DNA of 64,000 nt from Chrysochromulina tobinii (Eukaryota): the NCBI GenBank assembly GCA_001275005.1, contig JWZX01002949.1, forward strand, positions 1 to 64,000, written 5' to 3'. The position numbers and the translations under genes were made by a program. Shown here in pieces: positions 20,872-30,717 of this stretch. Positions within the stretch are counted from its first letter, which is position 1. Every line of letters starts with the position of its first letter. Below the pieces are notes generated by a model. That model saw only the letters and a list, made by a program, of their open reading frames with translations, did not search any database and was not told the DNA's origin.

Positions 20872-23190
20872 TCACCTGTGGACCTGGTGTGCCTCTACTA
20901 TTGTATGCTTGGCCTCCGCTTGCTGCTCCCGCAGCGCCTCCTCCTCTACCTCCTTGCGCAACGCCTCGCGCTCCGCCTGGAGGGTTCGGCGTGTCTCGTG
21001 CAAGAGGACGTTCTCAGCTTGCGTCGCCGCGCGCCGCTCAGCGAGCGCCCTCAACTCTAGCTCCAGCTGGGCAATCTCGGCCGCCAGCGGGGCCGCCTCG
21101 TGCAGCCGCGCCGCCAGCTCGAGGCTCGCGCACGCCCAGGAGTAGAGCGGCCCGCATGCAGTCGAAGCCTTATCGACCGCGGCCAAGCCCCCCGCACCTG
21201 CGGGCAGCGCCGCGCGCACCGCAGCGCACACTCCCATTGAGATGCGCGCGGCGTCGAAGCTTTGGACGCGCTTGACAAAGTTCTTTTGCAGCGTGCCCCG
21301 CACGGCCTCCCACGGCGCGGCGATCGTGCTCATCGCCACCGCGGCTCCCGCGAGATCCCGGATGCCACCGGCTCCTCCTGCCACGTTGACGGACTTGCCT
21401 GGGATCGCACCGCCGCTCGCGCCGCTGCTCGCGCCCATTGCTGTCAACGCCACGTGTCGAAGCCGAGCGGTGCCGGCGGACGCGACGGATGCAACCATCG
21501 CGGCCGGTTGCGGACTGAGCGAAGTGGAGAGCGGGAGGCCGCTGCTTGCGCTGCTGCGGTCGCTACCCAATCCGCTCCCAGCCGCGTCACAATTGGTGGC
21601 TGCTCCTGGCCCAGCCGCCACCTGGCCGGTGGCAGAAGAGGCGTCCATGTTGGCGCCACCCAAGCTCGGAGCACAATACCAGGGCCGCACGTGCCCCTGG
21701 CCCTGGCCATGCCCGCCCGAGTCGCTCGCCTCAAGAAGCGCATGGACAGCCTGCAGAGTGGTTATCACCGGTCGCGGAGGCGTGAGGAGATTTCGCAATT
21801 CTTCCAAGTGTCGACGAGGGATCGCCGCCACGTGTGCCGCCGCCTCCTGCACTTTGCGCTCATCCGCCGCCGCCTGCTCGAGCTTCGCGGCCCTCTTGGC
21901 GCCCAGAGACGCCTCCGCGACCACCATGATCGACTCGGCCTCCGCCGCCGCCGTGATGGCCGCTCGCAACTTCGCCGCATGCTCGTCACTCGTGGCCCGG
22001 AACCTCTCGTAGCAGCTGCGCAGCGCGCAGCGCTCTGCCTCGCGATGAGCAGCGGCAACGAGTTGAACCACGAGCTGAGTCACAACAGTGGCAACGAGAT
22101 CTTCGGCGAGAGGGGCGACGAGCTCGTCGTAGCGAGGCGGTGGCGGTGGCGACGGATCGCGAGGCGACGGCGGTCGCGGCGGCCCACTCGAGTGCGCGCG
22201 CAGCCAGGCGAGTATAGCGGGCAGCTTCTGCTGCATCACGGGCGGCGGCGGCCAGGCGAGCTCCGGCGTGCAGCTCACATCGAGCTCCTCGAGCTGCGTG
22301 CACTGACCAAGCTGCGGTGGCAGCGAGCGTAGCGGCGTGTGGTGGAGGGCGAGATGGCGCAGGATCGGCGCGAGTTGACCCACCTCGGCGGCAAGGGTCG
22401 TGAGCCGATTGGCGCTCAGATCGAGCGCCTCGAGCATGCGCAACCCCCACACCGCCGTACTGTGCACGGCCAGAAGGCCGTTGTCCGCGAGGGAGAGGTG
22501 CTGGAGACGCTTGGTCCCTTCAAACGGATCGGTGAGAACGCCCCCAGAGCTCATCGAGAGCCGATTGGATGACAGATCCAGCCGCGTGAGCGCACCGGCG
22601 CCACTGAGGCACCGCGGCATCTGCTGCAGCTTGTTGGCGCGCAGGTCGAGGCTCTGCAGACGAGGCAAGCCACGCGAAAACAGCTCAGCGGAGCACTCGA
22701 CAACGGTGAGCATATTGCGCGCGAGGCTGAGCGTCGTGAGCGCTGGCAAGCAGCAAAGCGCGATCGGAAAGTTCGTCAGCCAATTACGCGAGAGGTCGAG
22801 CTCCAGCAGGCCAGCCATCGGTTTTGTGAGCGATGTGGGCACGGAGCTGAGCTCGTTGCCACTTAGGTCGAGCGCTGTGATGCCTGCGGCGACGTTCGCG
22901 CCGAGTGCAGCGGGGTCTAGAAGATCACGGGTCGCTGCACGGAGCCCACGGTCGCTCAGGTCGACGATGCCGCTCGGCGCGAAGGTCTCGAGATGGCGGT
23001 GTACTCCGGTGAGCTCCTGCAGGATCAGGCTGGCGCTCACCGCCTCCTCTTCCGCGAGCAGGCGCAGTTCCGCATCGACAATGAACTCGGACTCCTCAGC
23101 GGCTGTCAAGAGCTCGGACACTTCGGAGTGTTCAAGCTCCTCGGAACACTCCTCGGTTCCCTCGCGCGTGATCGCCAAGTCGGCGGCCAT
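20872..23190 (-). CDS. Leucine-rich-repeat protein with C-terminal coiled coil and dynein stalk/microtubule-binding-domain-like region
   Basis: About 10 LxxLxLxxNxL repeats, then HLEELRNLLTPPRPVITTLQAVHALL, WEAVRGTLQKNFVKRVQSFD and KASTACGPLYSW, resembling the dynein heavy-chain MTBD. Confidence 0.75.
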   Translation of the reverse strand: MAADLAITREGTEECSEELEHSEVSELLTAAEESEFIVDAELRLLAEEEAVSASLILQELTGVHRHLETFAPSGIVDLSDRGLRAATRDLLDPAALGANVAAGITALDLSGNELSSVPTSLTKPMAGLLELDLSRNWLTNFPIALCCLPALTTLSLARNMLTVVECSAELFSRGLPRLQSLDLRANKLQQMPRCLSGAGALTRLDLSSNRLSMSSGGVLTDPFEGTKRLQHLSLADNGLLAVHSTAVWGLRMLEALDLSANRLTTLAAEVGQLAPILRHLALHHTPLRSLPPQLGQCTQLEELDVSCTPELAWPPPPVMQQKLPAILAWLRAHSSGPPRPPSPRDPSPPPPPRYDELVAPLAEDLVATVVTQLVVQLVAAAHREAERCALRSCYERFRATSDEHAAKLRAAITAAAEAESIMVVAEASLGAKRAAKLEQAAADERKVQEAAAHVAAIPRRHLEELRNLLTPPRPVITTLQAVHALLEASDSGGHGQGQGHVRPWYCAPSLGGANMDASSATGQVAAGPGAATNCDAAGSGLGSDRSSASSGLPLSTSLSPQPAAMVASVASAGTARLRHVALTAMGASSGASGGAIPGKSVNVAGGAGGIRDLAGAAVAMSTIAAPWEAVRGTLQKNFVKRVQSFDAARISMGVCAAVRAALPAGAGGLAAVDKASTACGPLYSWACASLELAARLHEAAPLAAEIAQLELELRALAERRAATQAENVLLHETRRTLQAEREALRKEVEEEALREQQAEAKHTIVEAHQVHR

Positions 23191-23341
23191 TGGGTCTCGC
23201 AAGTGACGCCTGCGAGCGCGCGGCGCGACCGGGTTTCGTGTGCACAAGGATTTTGAGATGGTCTTGCGAGAGATATTGTGTTGTTTGTGTTATGTGTGAA
23301 TCGTGTTTCACCTCATGTGTTTCCACAGCGGAGGCAACCAA

Positions 23342-24160
23342 ATGCTTGACTCGCCAACAACGAGCATGTCTCCGACCACCGCCGAAGCCGGTGACTCGCC
23401 TTCGTCATCCCCGACGCCGAGTGCTCGGCCATCGGCGGCTTCTCACGCATCGCGGCGGCTGAGCCGCTCCGCCAACCGGCTGACACCGTCCCAGCAGGCG
23501 ACCTGCGCACGGCTGCTGGCCGAAAAGGGTGACAGGCCGGGTGCGATCGCGTTGCTGCGCGAGGCCGTCGAGGCGCAGCGCTCAACCTCCGGCGAACGCC
23601 ATCCGGATGTCGCTAGAGCGATGAACAACCTTGGCTGGATGCTCAAGGCAACCGGCGGTGACCCGGTGGAGTGCCTTACGGTGCTGCGCGCGGCACTGCA
23701 GATGCAACGCGAGCTGATCGGGATCGAGCACCCGGATACACTCACTTCTATGAACAAGCTCGCCCTGATCCTGCAGGACCAGGGAAATGCGAGCGAAGCG
23801 GCAGAGCTTTGCAGCGAGGCGCTCGTGGCGCGCCGCGCAGTGCTTGGCAACCGCCACCAGGGCACGCTGCTCTCCATGTGTAGCCTCGGCTCGCTGTACC
23901 TCGAGATTGGTCACGTGATGCCGGCACTCGCCCTCTTCAAGGAGGCGGTCGATGGCGCGCACGAGACGCTCGGCGATGAGCACCCTTACACGCGCAGCTT
24001 CACGCAGCACCTCGCCATGGCTGTGCGAGCTGCGGAAAGGGCACAGGCAGAGGGCCGCGCGGCGGCGCGCAGCGCCACGGCGACGACGCTGGGCAGCCCG
24101 AACCGTGTGCCCGAGCAGAGGAGGTCAGAGAATTTCTCGCAGGCTGTGAGCGTAGAGTGA
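23342..24160 (+). CDS. TPR protein (kinesin-light-chain-like 42-aa TPRs)
   Basis: Repeats GERHPDVARAMNNL, GIEHPDTLTSMNKL, GNRHQGTLLSMCSL, GDEHPYT. Confidence 0.8.
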   Translation: MLDSPTTSMSPTTAEAGDSPSSSPTPSARPSAASHASRRLSRSANRLTPSQQATCARLLAEKGDRPGAIALLREAVEAQRSTSGERHPDVARAMNNLGWMLKATGGDPVECLTVLRAALQMQRELIGIEHPDTLTSMNKLALILQDQGNASEAAELCSEALVARRAVLGNRHQGTLLSMCSLGSLYLEIGHVMPALALFKEAVDGAHETLGDEHPYTRSFTQHLAMAVRAAERAQAEGRAAARSATATTLGSPNRVPEQRRSENFSQAVSVE

Positions 24161-24783
24161 ACGCACAACTGCCGCGCCGCCTAAAAGTCGAGATCGGAGA
24201 GAGCCCGCGAGCCCGCGCGCCATAGCCGTTTCGAGGCGACGGCCGGGCCTCAGACCTGTCGTGTATTAGTGTGTGAATAAGAGCTCCCCGTCCTGCGTCC
24301 AACGCGCATAGGCGCCGCGCGCGTGGGACCGGCAGCCCGGGCTCGCCGCGACCCGTCCGCCCGCGCGCGGGGCGAGCACGTGGGCGAGCTCACCCTCACG
24401 GACCGGGGGCGGGGCGCGCCGGGACCGCGGGAGCCGCGGACGCTCGTATCTGTGCCTTGAATAGCAGTTAGCACGCAGGATCGGCCCCACCCCGGGGCCC
24501 CTCTATTGATCACGGCCCTACACGGTCCGTCGTCAAGATCCCCGACGTATCTAGACGTGTCCGGACGCGAGGAGTTCCCCTGTTCCGCGTTCGCTCGACG
24601 CCCCCGGGCACACGCACCTACACACTCGCAGCGCGTCGCTCTAAACCGGGGTGCGTCTTCTTCGCCTGGTGCTCCGCACGCGTGCTTGGTCGCTCGGGGT
24701 CGCTGCAGCACGTGCAACCCGGCGAGTCACAGCCCTGATTCATATATTCATATTCGCGGCTCGGCCAGTGGGATTCGTGGGAG

Positions 24784-25671
24784 TCAGGGCAGCATCGGGC
24801 GCGGCGGCGCGCCGTGCGGCACTGGCATTGCGCCCTCCACCGCCGCCAGGGCGGCCGCCACCTCCTCCTCGGCGTTACCCGTGTTCCCGAGGATGCCCGC
24901 GGTCTCGAGATTCAGCTGGCACACGCCGCGCATGAAGGCTGCCTTGAGGGAGCGCCCCTGCTGCTCCTTGGCCACCCACGCTGCCTGCGTCTCCTCGCGC
25001 GCGAGCCGCACCTCCGTGCGAAGCGCCTCGAGCTGCGGCTGGTAGTGCGCCTGCAGCGCGCCGCGCAGCTCGAGCACGGAGCGCTCCCAGAACTGGTCGA
25101 TGCGCATGTGACGCAGCTTGCGCGCCGAGCTGCGCCAGCGGCCAACACACATGCGCAGCAGAGCGCGCGCGTAGTGCCGCGGCGCGAGCCGCTCGCAGTG
25201 CGCCTCGCGCTTGATCGCTGCGAGCGAGCGCTGCCACTCGGCTAGGACTGTGTGCGCAGCGAGGCGCGCGGCGCCGTCGTCGCGCGTTGTGGCGAGCGCG
25301 TCGGCGAGCCGATGCTGGACGCGCCTTGCCTTTTCAAGCCGCGCCTCCACCTCCTCGCGCGCCGCCGCCTCGTCCATCAGCATGGCCTCGAGACGTTGCT
25401 GCTCTTCGGCCGCTATCGCGTTCTGCTGAGCCTGACGCATCTGCGCGCGCTGCGCGAGCGTACTCTTGGCGGCGAGCATGCGGCTCGAGATGCGTCGAGC
25501 GAGCTCTGCTGCCATTGCCTCGACAGTGCCGACGAGCGCCTGGCAATCCGCGTCGTCCATCTCGTCAGCAAGCCCCGAGGCGCTCGCCAGCGAGGCCCAA
25601 TCGCCGTCTTCCTGGAGGAGCTCCATCGAGAGCGACTCGCTGAGCGGCGGCGGCGCCGCCATCGAGAACAT
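24784..25671 (-). CDS. POC5: POC5-like centriolar protein
   Basis: Coiled coil with Sfi1-like Trp motifs and SLKAAFMRGVCQLNLET, matching the conserved POC5 AFMRGVCALNLE motif. Confidence 0.8.
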   Translation of the reverse strand: MFSMAAPPPLSESLSMELLQEDGDWASLASASGLADEMDDADCQALVGTVEAMAAELARRISSRMLAAKSTLAQRAQMRQAQQNAIAAEEQQRLEAMLMDEAAAREEVEARLEKARRVQHRLADALATTRDDGAARLAAHTVLAEWQRSLAAIKREAHCERLAPRHYARALLRMCVGRWRSSARKLRHMRIDQFWERSVLELRGALQAHYQPQLEALRTEVRLAREETQAAWVAKEQQGRSLKAAFMRGVCQLNLETAGILGNTGNAEEEVAAALAAVEGAMPVPHGAPPRPMLP

Positions 25672-25831
25672 CGCCAGTGCGAGTTTACCCTATCGGTTTA
25701 CCGCGAAAACTTCGCGTCGACATGAACCGATGTTTTTCCGTACGCCGCCGCAGAGAAGAGAAAGGGGCAAGGGCCCCCGACCGAAAAGCGCTCTCGTGAA
25801 ACTTTATGTTTTTAGTGAAGGCGTGGCCACA

Positions 25832-26727
25832 ATGAAGCGCACGCTGCAGCTGAAGATGGTGGACGCGCGGAAGCACAGCGAGGCCAAGCTTGCCCGCATG
25901 GCCGATATCGTGCGGGAGCGCGTGCGTCGTGAGCGGCGCGAGGCGGCCGAGGCGGAGAAGAAGGCGGCGGAAGAGGAGAAGCGTGCCAAGGCCATGCCGC
26001 ACGTCAATGGGATCGCCAAGGCCGACGAGTCCGGGCCACCGTTGGTTGTGAAGACCGAGTCCGGGCTGGTCGTGAAGACCGAGTCCGCAGGCTCCTCGGG
26101 CGCGCCGGCCACGCCGGCGCCGCCCAAGGAGCCCGAGCCGAAGAAGGTCGAGCCGCCGAGCGACGAGGCCATTGCGGAGATGCAGGAGGAGCTCGAGACG
26201 CTGCAGCACAAGAAGCACCTGCTCTTCGTGAAGCTCAAAGGTATGCTCAAGGAGGAGGAGGAGCAGAAGGCCGCCGCCGCCGCCGCCGAGGCCGAGCGTC
26301 GCGAACGCGAGCAGCAGCGCGTCGAGGAGCAGGAGCGCGAACGCGAGCAGCAGCGCCTCGAGGAGGAGGAGCGAAGATACCTGGGCAGCGGCGCCGGCCC
26401 GAGGCCGGCACGTAGCAGCTCGTGCAGCAGTCTGCAGAGCAGCAGTATTGGCCGGCGCGACTCGTTCGACATGCGCGAGCTACCCCAGGATCCGCGCGAC
26501 GTCGGCCCGGGTTCCAGCGGTGGTGGCTCGTGCTCGTCGTCCATGTGGCCCCCACGGCTGGGCGGGGGCTTCGGCGGCGGCGGGCCGGGCGGCGGTGGCG
26601 GCCGCCCGCCTGAGAGGATGCCCAGCGGCAGCTGCACCAGCAGCTACCACGCCCCACCCCTAGGCCACCAGCTCAGCTCCAACGGCTATCGCGCGCCTCT
26701 GAGCGCTCCGTTTGAGCCTCGCGTCGG

Positions 26728-26762
<35 letters not shown>

Positions 26763-27325
26763 ACCCGCGCGACCTACGCGACGCGCCGCGCGACCTGCGC
26801 GGCGATCCGCGCAGCGATCCACGCGATGCAACGCGAGATCCACGTGGCGACCCGCGTGGTGGCGCAGGCTACTCATGCTGGGGCGCGCGTCCCTCATCAT
26901 GCTCCTCGTCGTGCATGGGTGGCTCCTCGTATGGATCGGCCAGCGGGTATGGCGTCGGCGGCGGCGCTATGTGGGGCGTCGACAACGGCGGCCCCGGCGG
27001 CGGTGGCGGCGACCCGCGTGGCGACGACCCGCGGCGCGGAGGGATCTTGACGAATCTTGACGACCCGCGGCGCGGAGGGCCGCCACCGCCGCTGCCACCG
27101 TACAAGAGCTGCGGCAGCCTAGGACCCCCGCCCGCTGACGGCGGGTACAAGGGCGCCGGCCCCCCCATGGCGCAACGATATCCGCCCGGCCCGCGCAGGG
27201 AAGAGGGCCCCGGCGGGCGCGGCATGCCCCCTTCTGGGCGCGGAGGGCCGCCGCCGATGGGTGGCTACGGGCAGGGCAGTGGTGGTTACGACCCGCAGGG
27301 CTTTCGCGGGAACGGCTGGCGCTAA
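25832..27325 (+). CDS. GPS2-like coiled-coil protein with Gly/Pro/Arg-rich disordered tail
   Basis: EELETLQHKKHLLFVKLKGMLKEEEEQK resembles the GPS2 coiled coil (EEKHQLFLQLKKVLHEEEK); DPR/RGG-rich C-terminus. Confidence 0.6.
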
Positions 27326-27776
27326 CCGCGCTGGCCGTGCTGTGCCGTGCAAGTTAACGCCGCGGGCCATGGCAGGGATATGACAGAGCGGTTGAGCATG
27401 AACTGTCCGATGTCATGTAGTGCTGCAACGCGGCAATCGCAATCTCGTTTCTCGATGGTCGATGTGCCAGTGGGACCCGGCGCCGCGCGGAATACAGGGT
27501 ACCCTACACTGCACCATGTGCGTAACATTCGGTCTAGAGACCCTCTCATAATGCCGATGCATTTGTTATATTGTTCGTAACGGCTACGTGCTCGTACTGT
27601 AGCATGACGTTTTATATACGACGTATTGACTTGGTATTGAGGTATCGCATCTTACATGACTCCGTGACTGACGTATTGACGTATCGCATCTCGTAACATG
27701 ACGTGATTCTTGTACTGTGGACCGACTCCGCGCCTTCCGGCGTTACTGAGCGCCCCCCCGGCGGTCCGCCTCCCGG

Positions 27777-28730
27777 TCACGATCTTGGTATTGAGCGTGC
27801 CAACAGGCCGCCCAGGTCCGAGACCAACTCTGCCACAAGCCCTGCTGTCTCGCTCGGTAGCGATACCGCCTGCGTCTCGCCCACCGACTCGGCCACCGAG
27901 AGCTTCTCATGGAGCTTCTGCTCAGCAAGCGCGGCTCGCACTTGACGATGCAAGGCCTCGAGCGCTTCGTGTAGCTGCGCCAGGTTGCTCGGGCTGCGTG
28001 CTGTGCGCGTCAAAACGGGCCTGGGACATGAGGCACTCCACTCTCGTGCCCCACGTGCAGCACTCTCGTCTGGATCCACGCCTCGAGAATCCCACGTGCA
28101 GCGTTTAGCACGACGCCCATCAGAGGGACGGTCGTTCGCCTCGGCAGCTTCTGCAGGTTGCTCAGCCAGCGGTGTCTCCATCGCGGGGCTCGCCGCTGCG
28201 GTCGTGCCGAGCAGCTCCTCAAGTAGCTCCGTCGCCGGCTCAAATGAAGGAGAAAGCTGCTGGCAGCGGCGAAGTGCGCTGATGGCCTCTGTCTCACGGT
28301 CGAGTAGCTGCAGCGCGAGCGCGCTGTTGAACTCGGCGTGCGCTTCCAAGCCAGGCGGCCACTCTTTCAATCTGAGCGCCGAGCGGTAGTGGGCCAGCGC
28401 CTCCTCTGGGTGGTCCTCGAGGGTGCTCCACACCGATGCGATGTTCATGTGAGCTTCGGCAAGATTAGGCATGAGAGCGAGCGCAGCTTCATAGTATTTG
28501 AGAGCTTCGCGTGGCCGATCCAACGAACGCGCCGTCAAACCCAGGTAGAAGAGTGGTTCGTGGCGAAATGGATGCTCTCTGGCCGCCTCACGATATTTCG
28601 AGTGTGCTTCCTCGAATGCCTCAGCCTTTCGCAATGCATCGGCCACGCTCAAACTGGCGGCGAGCGCTTCGCTCTGATCAGGACGAGCTGCCGCGCTCGA
28701 GAAGAGCAGGACGCACAAGAGGCCCGGCAT
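27777..28730 (-). CDS. Secreted or organellar TPR protein
   Basis: Signal peptide MPGLLCVLLFSSAAA; about four 34-aa TPRs (e.g. EALKYYEAALALMPNLAEAHMNIA). The 3' part may be spliced. Confidence 0.7.
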   Translation of the reverse strand: MPGLLCVLLFSSAAARPDQSEALAASLSVADALRKAEAFEEAHSKYREAAREHPFRHEPLFYLGLTARSLDRPREALKYYEAALALMPNLAEAHMNIASVWSTLEDHPEEALAHYRSALRLKEWPPGLEAHAEFNSALALQLLDRETEAISALRRCQQLSPSFEPATELLEELLGTTAAASPAMETPLAEQPAEAAEANDRPSDGRRAKRCTWDSRGVDPDESAARGAREWSASCPRPVLTRTARSPSNLAQLHEALEALHRQVRAALAEQKLHEKLSVAESVGETQAVSLPSETAGLVAELVSDLGGLLARSIPRS

Positions 28731-29008
28731 GAAATTTTGGCGGTGCGAAGCGCGGCGGGAGCGAGCGAGCGAGCGAGCGAGCGCTGCTCGGACACCCTCA
28801 CTGCTCCGCATTTTTTGAGAAAATGTCCGCAAAGGAATTCGCTCAGGTGTGAACGAATTAGATAAAAATGTATCTGCCTTTTCGAGATACGAGCAAGGTG
28901 CCACAGCAAGCCTGCAAAAACTTCACACACGATTTTTCCGTGAGGAATTTTTCCTTCGACAGACCTCGGCACGAGACGAGTATCTAGGGTTCTTGGCATC
29001 TTGGGTCA

Positions 29009-30615
29009 GGGTTTCTGTGTCAGGGTTTCTGTGTCAGGGTTATTGGGTCACTTCACACAAAACACACCGGATGACACGTACAGAAACACGCTGGAAATGA
29101 GCAATTCTGAGAGGCTGATGGTTTGGGTCTGGCGTTTTTGGTTTGCTGCTGGGTTGCTGAAGAAGCTGCCGCATTTCTGGGTCAGTAGGATTGGTGCAGC
29201 GTTTCTGGTCCAGCATCCTCCTGAGCACGCTTCGCTGATCAGTAACAACACCAGAGCGTGTTCTCAGTCGCTCCGCATTGTTTGCTGGGCGCCCCGTCTT
29301 CGTTCTTGCACGGCATCGTCATCGGGAGCACCATCGCCGCGCGTGTAGCGCCGAAGGCCCGGACCAACAATGCGTAGCATGGACCAGAAACCCGGACCAG
29401 ACACGAAATTCGGCGCACCAGAAACCGGGTAGTCGGGGAACGCGCCGTCTGGCAGCTCATCAAAGGACATTGCGCATGACGAGGGCCCAGCACCGGTTGC
29501 GGTCGCGTACGCCCGCGGAGCGCGGATGGCTGCGCACGAGGCTTACCTCACGCACAGTACCATTTTGTGTGCTCGGTCTATCCGCGCACAAAGCACGGCG
29601 CCCCATCGGCGTTCTTGCACGGCGTCAACGCCGGCGCCCCATGGCCGGCGTGCGCTGCGCTCGAAGCAGAAGATGTCGCTCGAGCAAGGCGCCCTCCTTG
29701 CAAGAGAATTTCGATAGCGAAGCGCTCGCCTTGTCGTTTCTGTCACCGTCGAGAGTTTCGTCGGTGTACAAACATGAGTTCACGCAAGATATGTTGTGAA
29801 AAGGTTTGACAGCAGAAAACCGATGTTTAGTGTGCCGCTACCGCCGCGCCCAACCGCCGGCTTCCGCCTTTCCCCACACCGCGCTATCCACCGCCCACCG
29901 CCACCGGTCCACCGCCCAGGCCCCGTTTGTCGTTTCTCGTTTCGGTGGTCTCAGGAGCTTTTACATTAGACACTTTAGTTCTCTAGACTCGGTCATGTAC
30001 AGGACAAGTAGGATTCTTATAAACACTGGACTGTGTTTCCTTACAACATGTGACGGATGGTCGGGTGCACAAGCCGTCGGCCCAGGGCCGGGCGGAACTC
30101 CGAGCCGGGGCCGGAGTCGTCGCAATCGGCGTCGGAAGCCCAGTTGCACGTCCCGGCGCAGATGGGCGGAGGAGGCGGGAAGCGCGGGCCGCAGTCGGCG
30201 CAGTCTGTGCCGTAGATGCAGTCTGCGTCTCGGCGCCAGGCCGCCGTCGTCGCAGAGGGAGTCGGAGGTGTAGAGACGCGCCCGTTGGCGCGCCCCCCGA
30301 AGGGAACGCAAAAGAAGTCACTCGGCGCCGCCGTCGCGTGTGACGACGGCGGCGTCGAGAGACGACAGTGTCGTGGCGCACGGCAGCTTGCCAGCTGCCT
30401 GGAGTGATTCAGTAGTGACGGTGGCCGCACGGTGGCCATGGTGACTGCGCGAGCGCGCGTGCCGGCTTTGGCGTGCGTCGGTGCGCCCGCGGCCGGCCGG
30501 GGCGCGCGTCCGCGGCGCGATTTGCTGCGTCTTCATCGGGCGCACCATCGGCCGCGCGCGTCGAGAGGCCTGGCCGCAAAACCCCGTGACACAGAAACCC
30601 GTGACGCAGAAACCC
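29009..30615. repeat. Inverted pair of tandem 14-mers (GGGTTTCTGTGTCA) bracketing about 1.6 kb
   Basis: GGGTTTCTGTGTCA x2 at 29009..29036; reverse-complement copies TGACACAGAAACCC at 30587..30600 and TGACGCAGAAACCC at 30602..30615. Confidence 0.6.
30080..30280 (-). pseudogene. Frameshifted fragment of a Cys-rich repeat (CDDGG..C..GTDC.DCGPR type) surface protein
   Basis: SDSLCDDGG lies in one frame and CIYGTDCADCGPRFPPPPPICAGTCNWASDADCDDSGPGSEF in another; no continuous ORF. Confidence 0.5.
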
Positions 30616-30717
30616 AAAACCCGCGGGGCTGAAAACGGGTAGTGACCTCGACGTGTGACCTCGCTTTCAGGCCGAGAAGGCCGTTGAGTGACCGTGCTGA
30701 GCTTTATTGTGGTTGCC

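Noticed and set aside
27580..27705. Degenerate short repeats (GACGTATTGAC, GTATCGCATCT) between convergent genes
   Set aside because: Only two copies each, consistent with a local duplication in 3' UTR or intergenic DNA; no function inferable.
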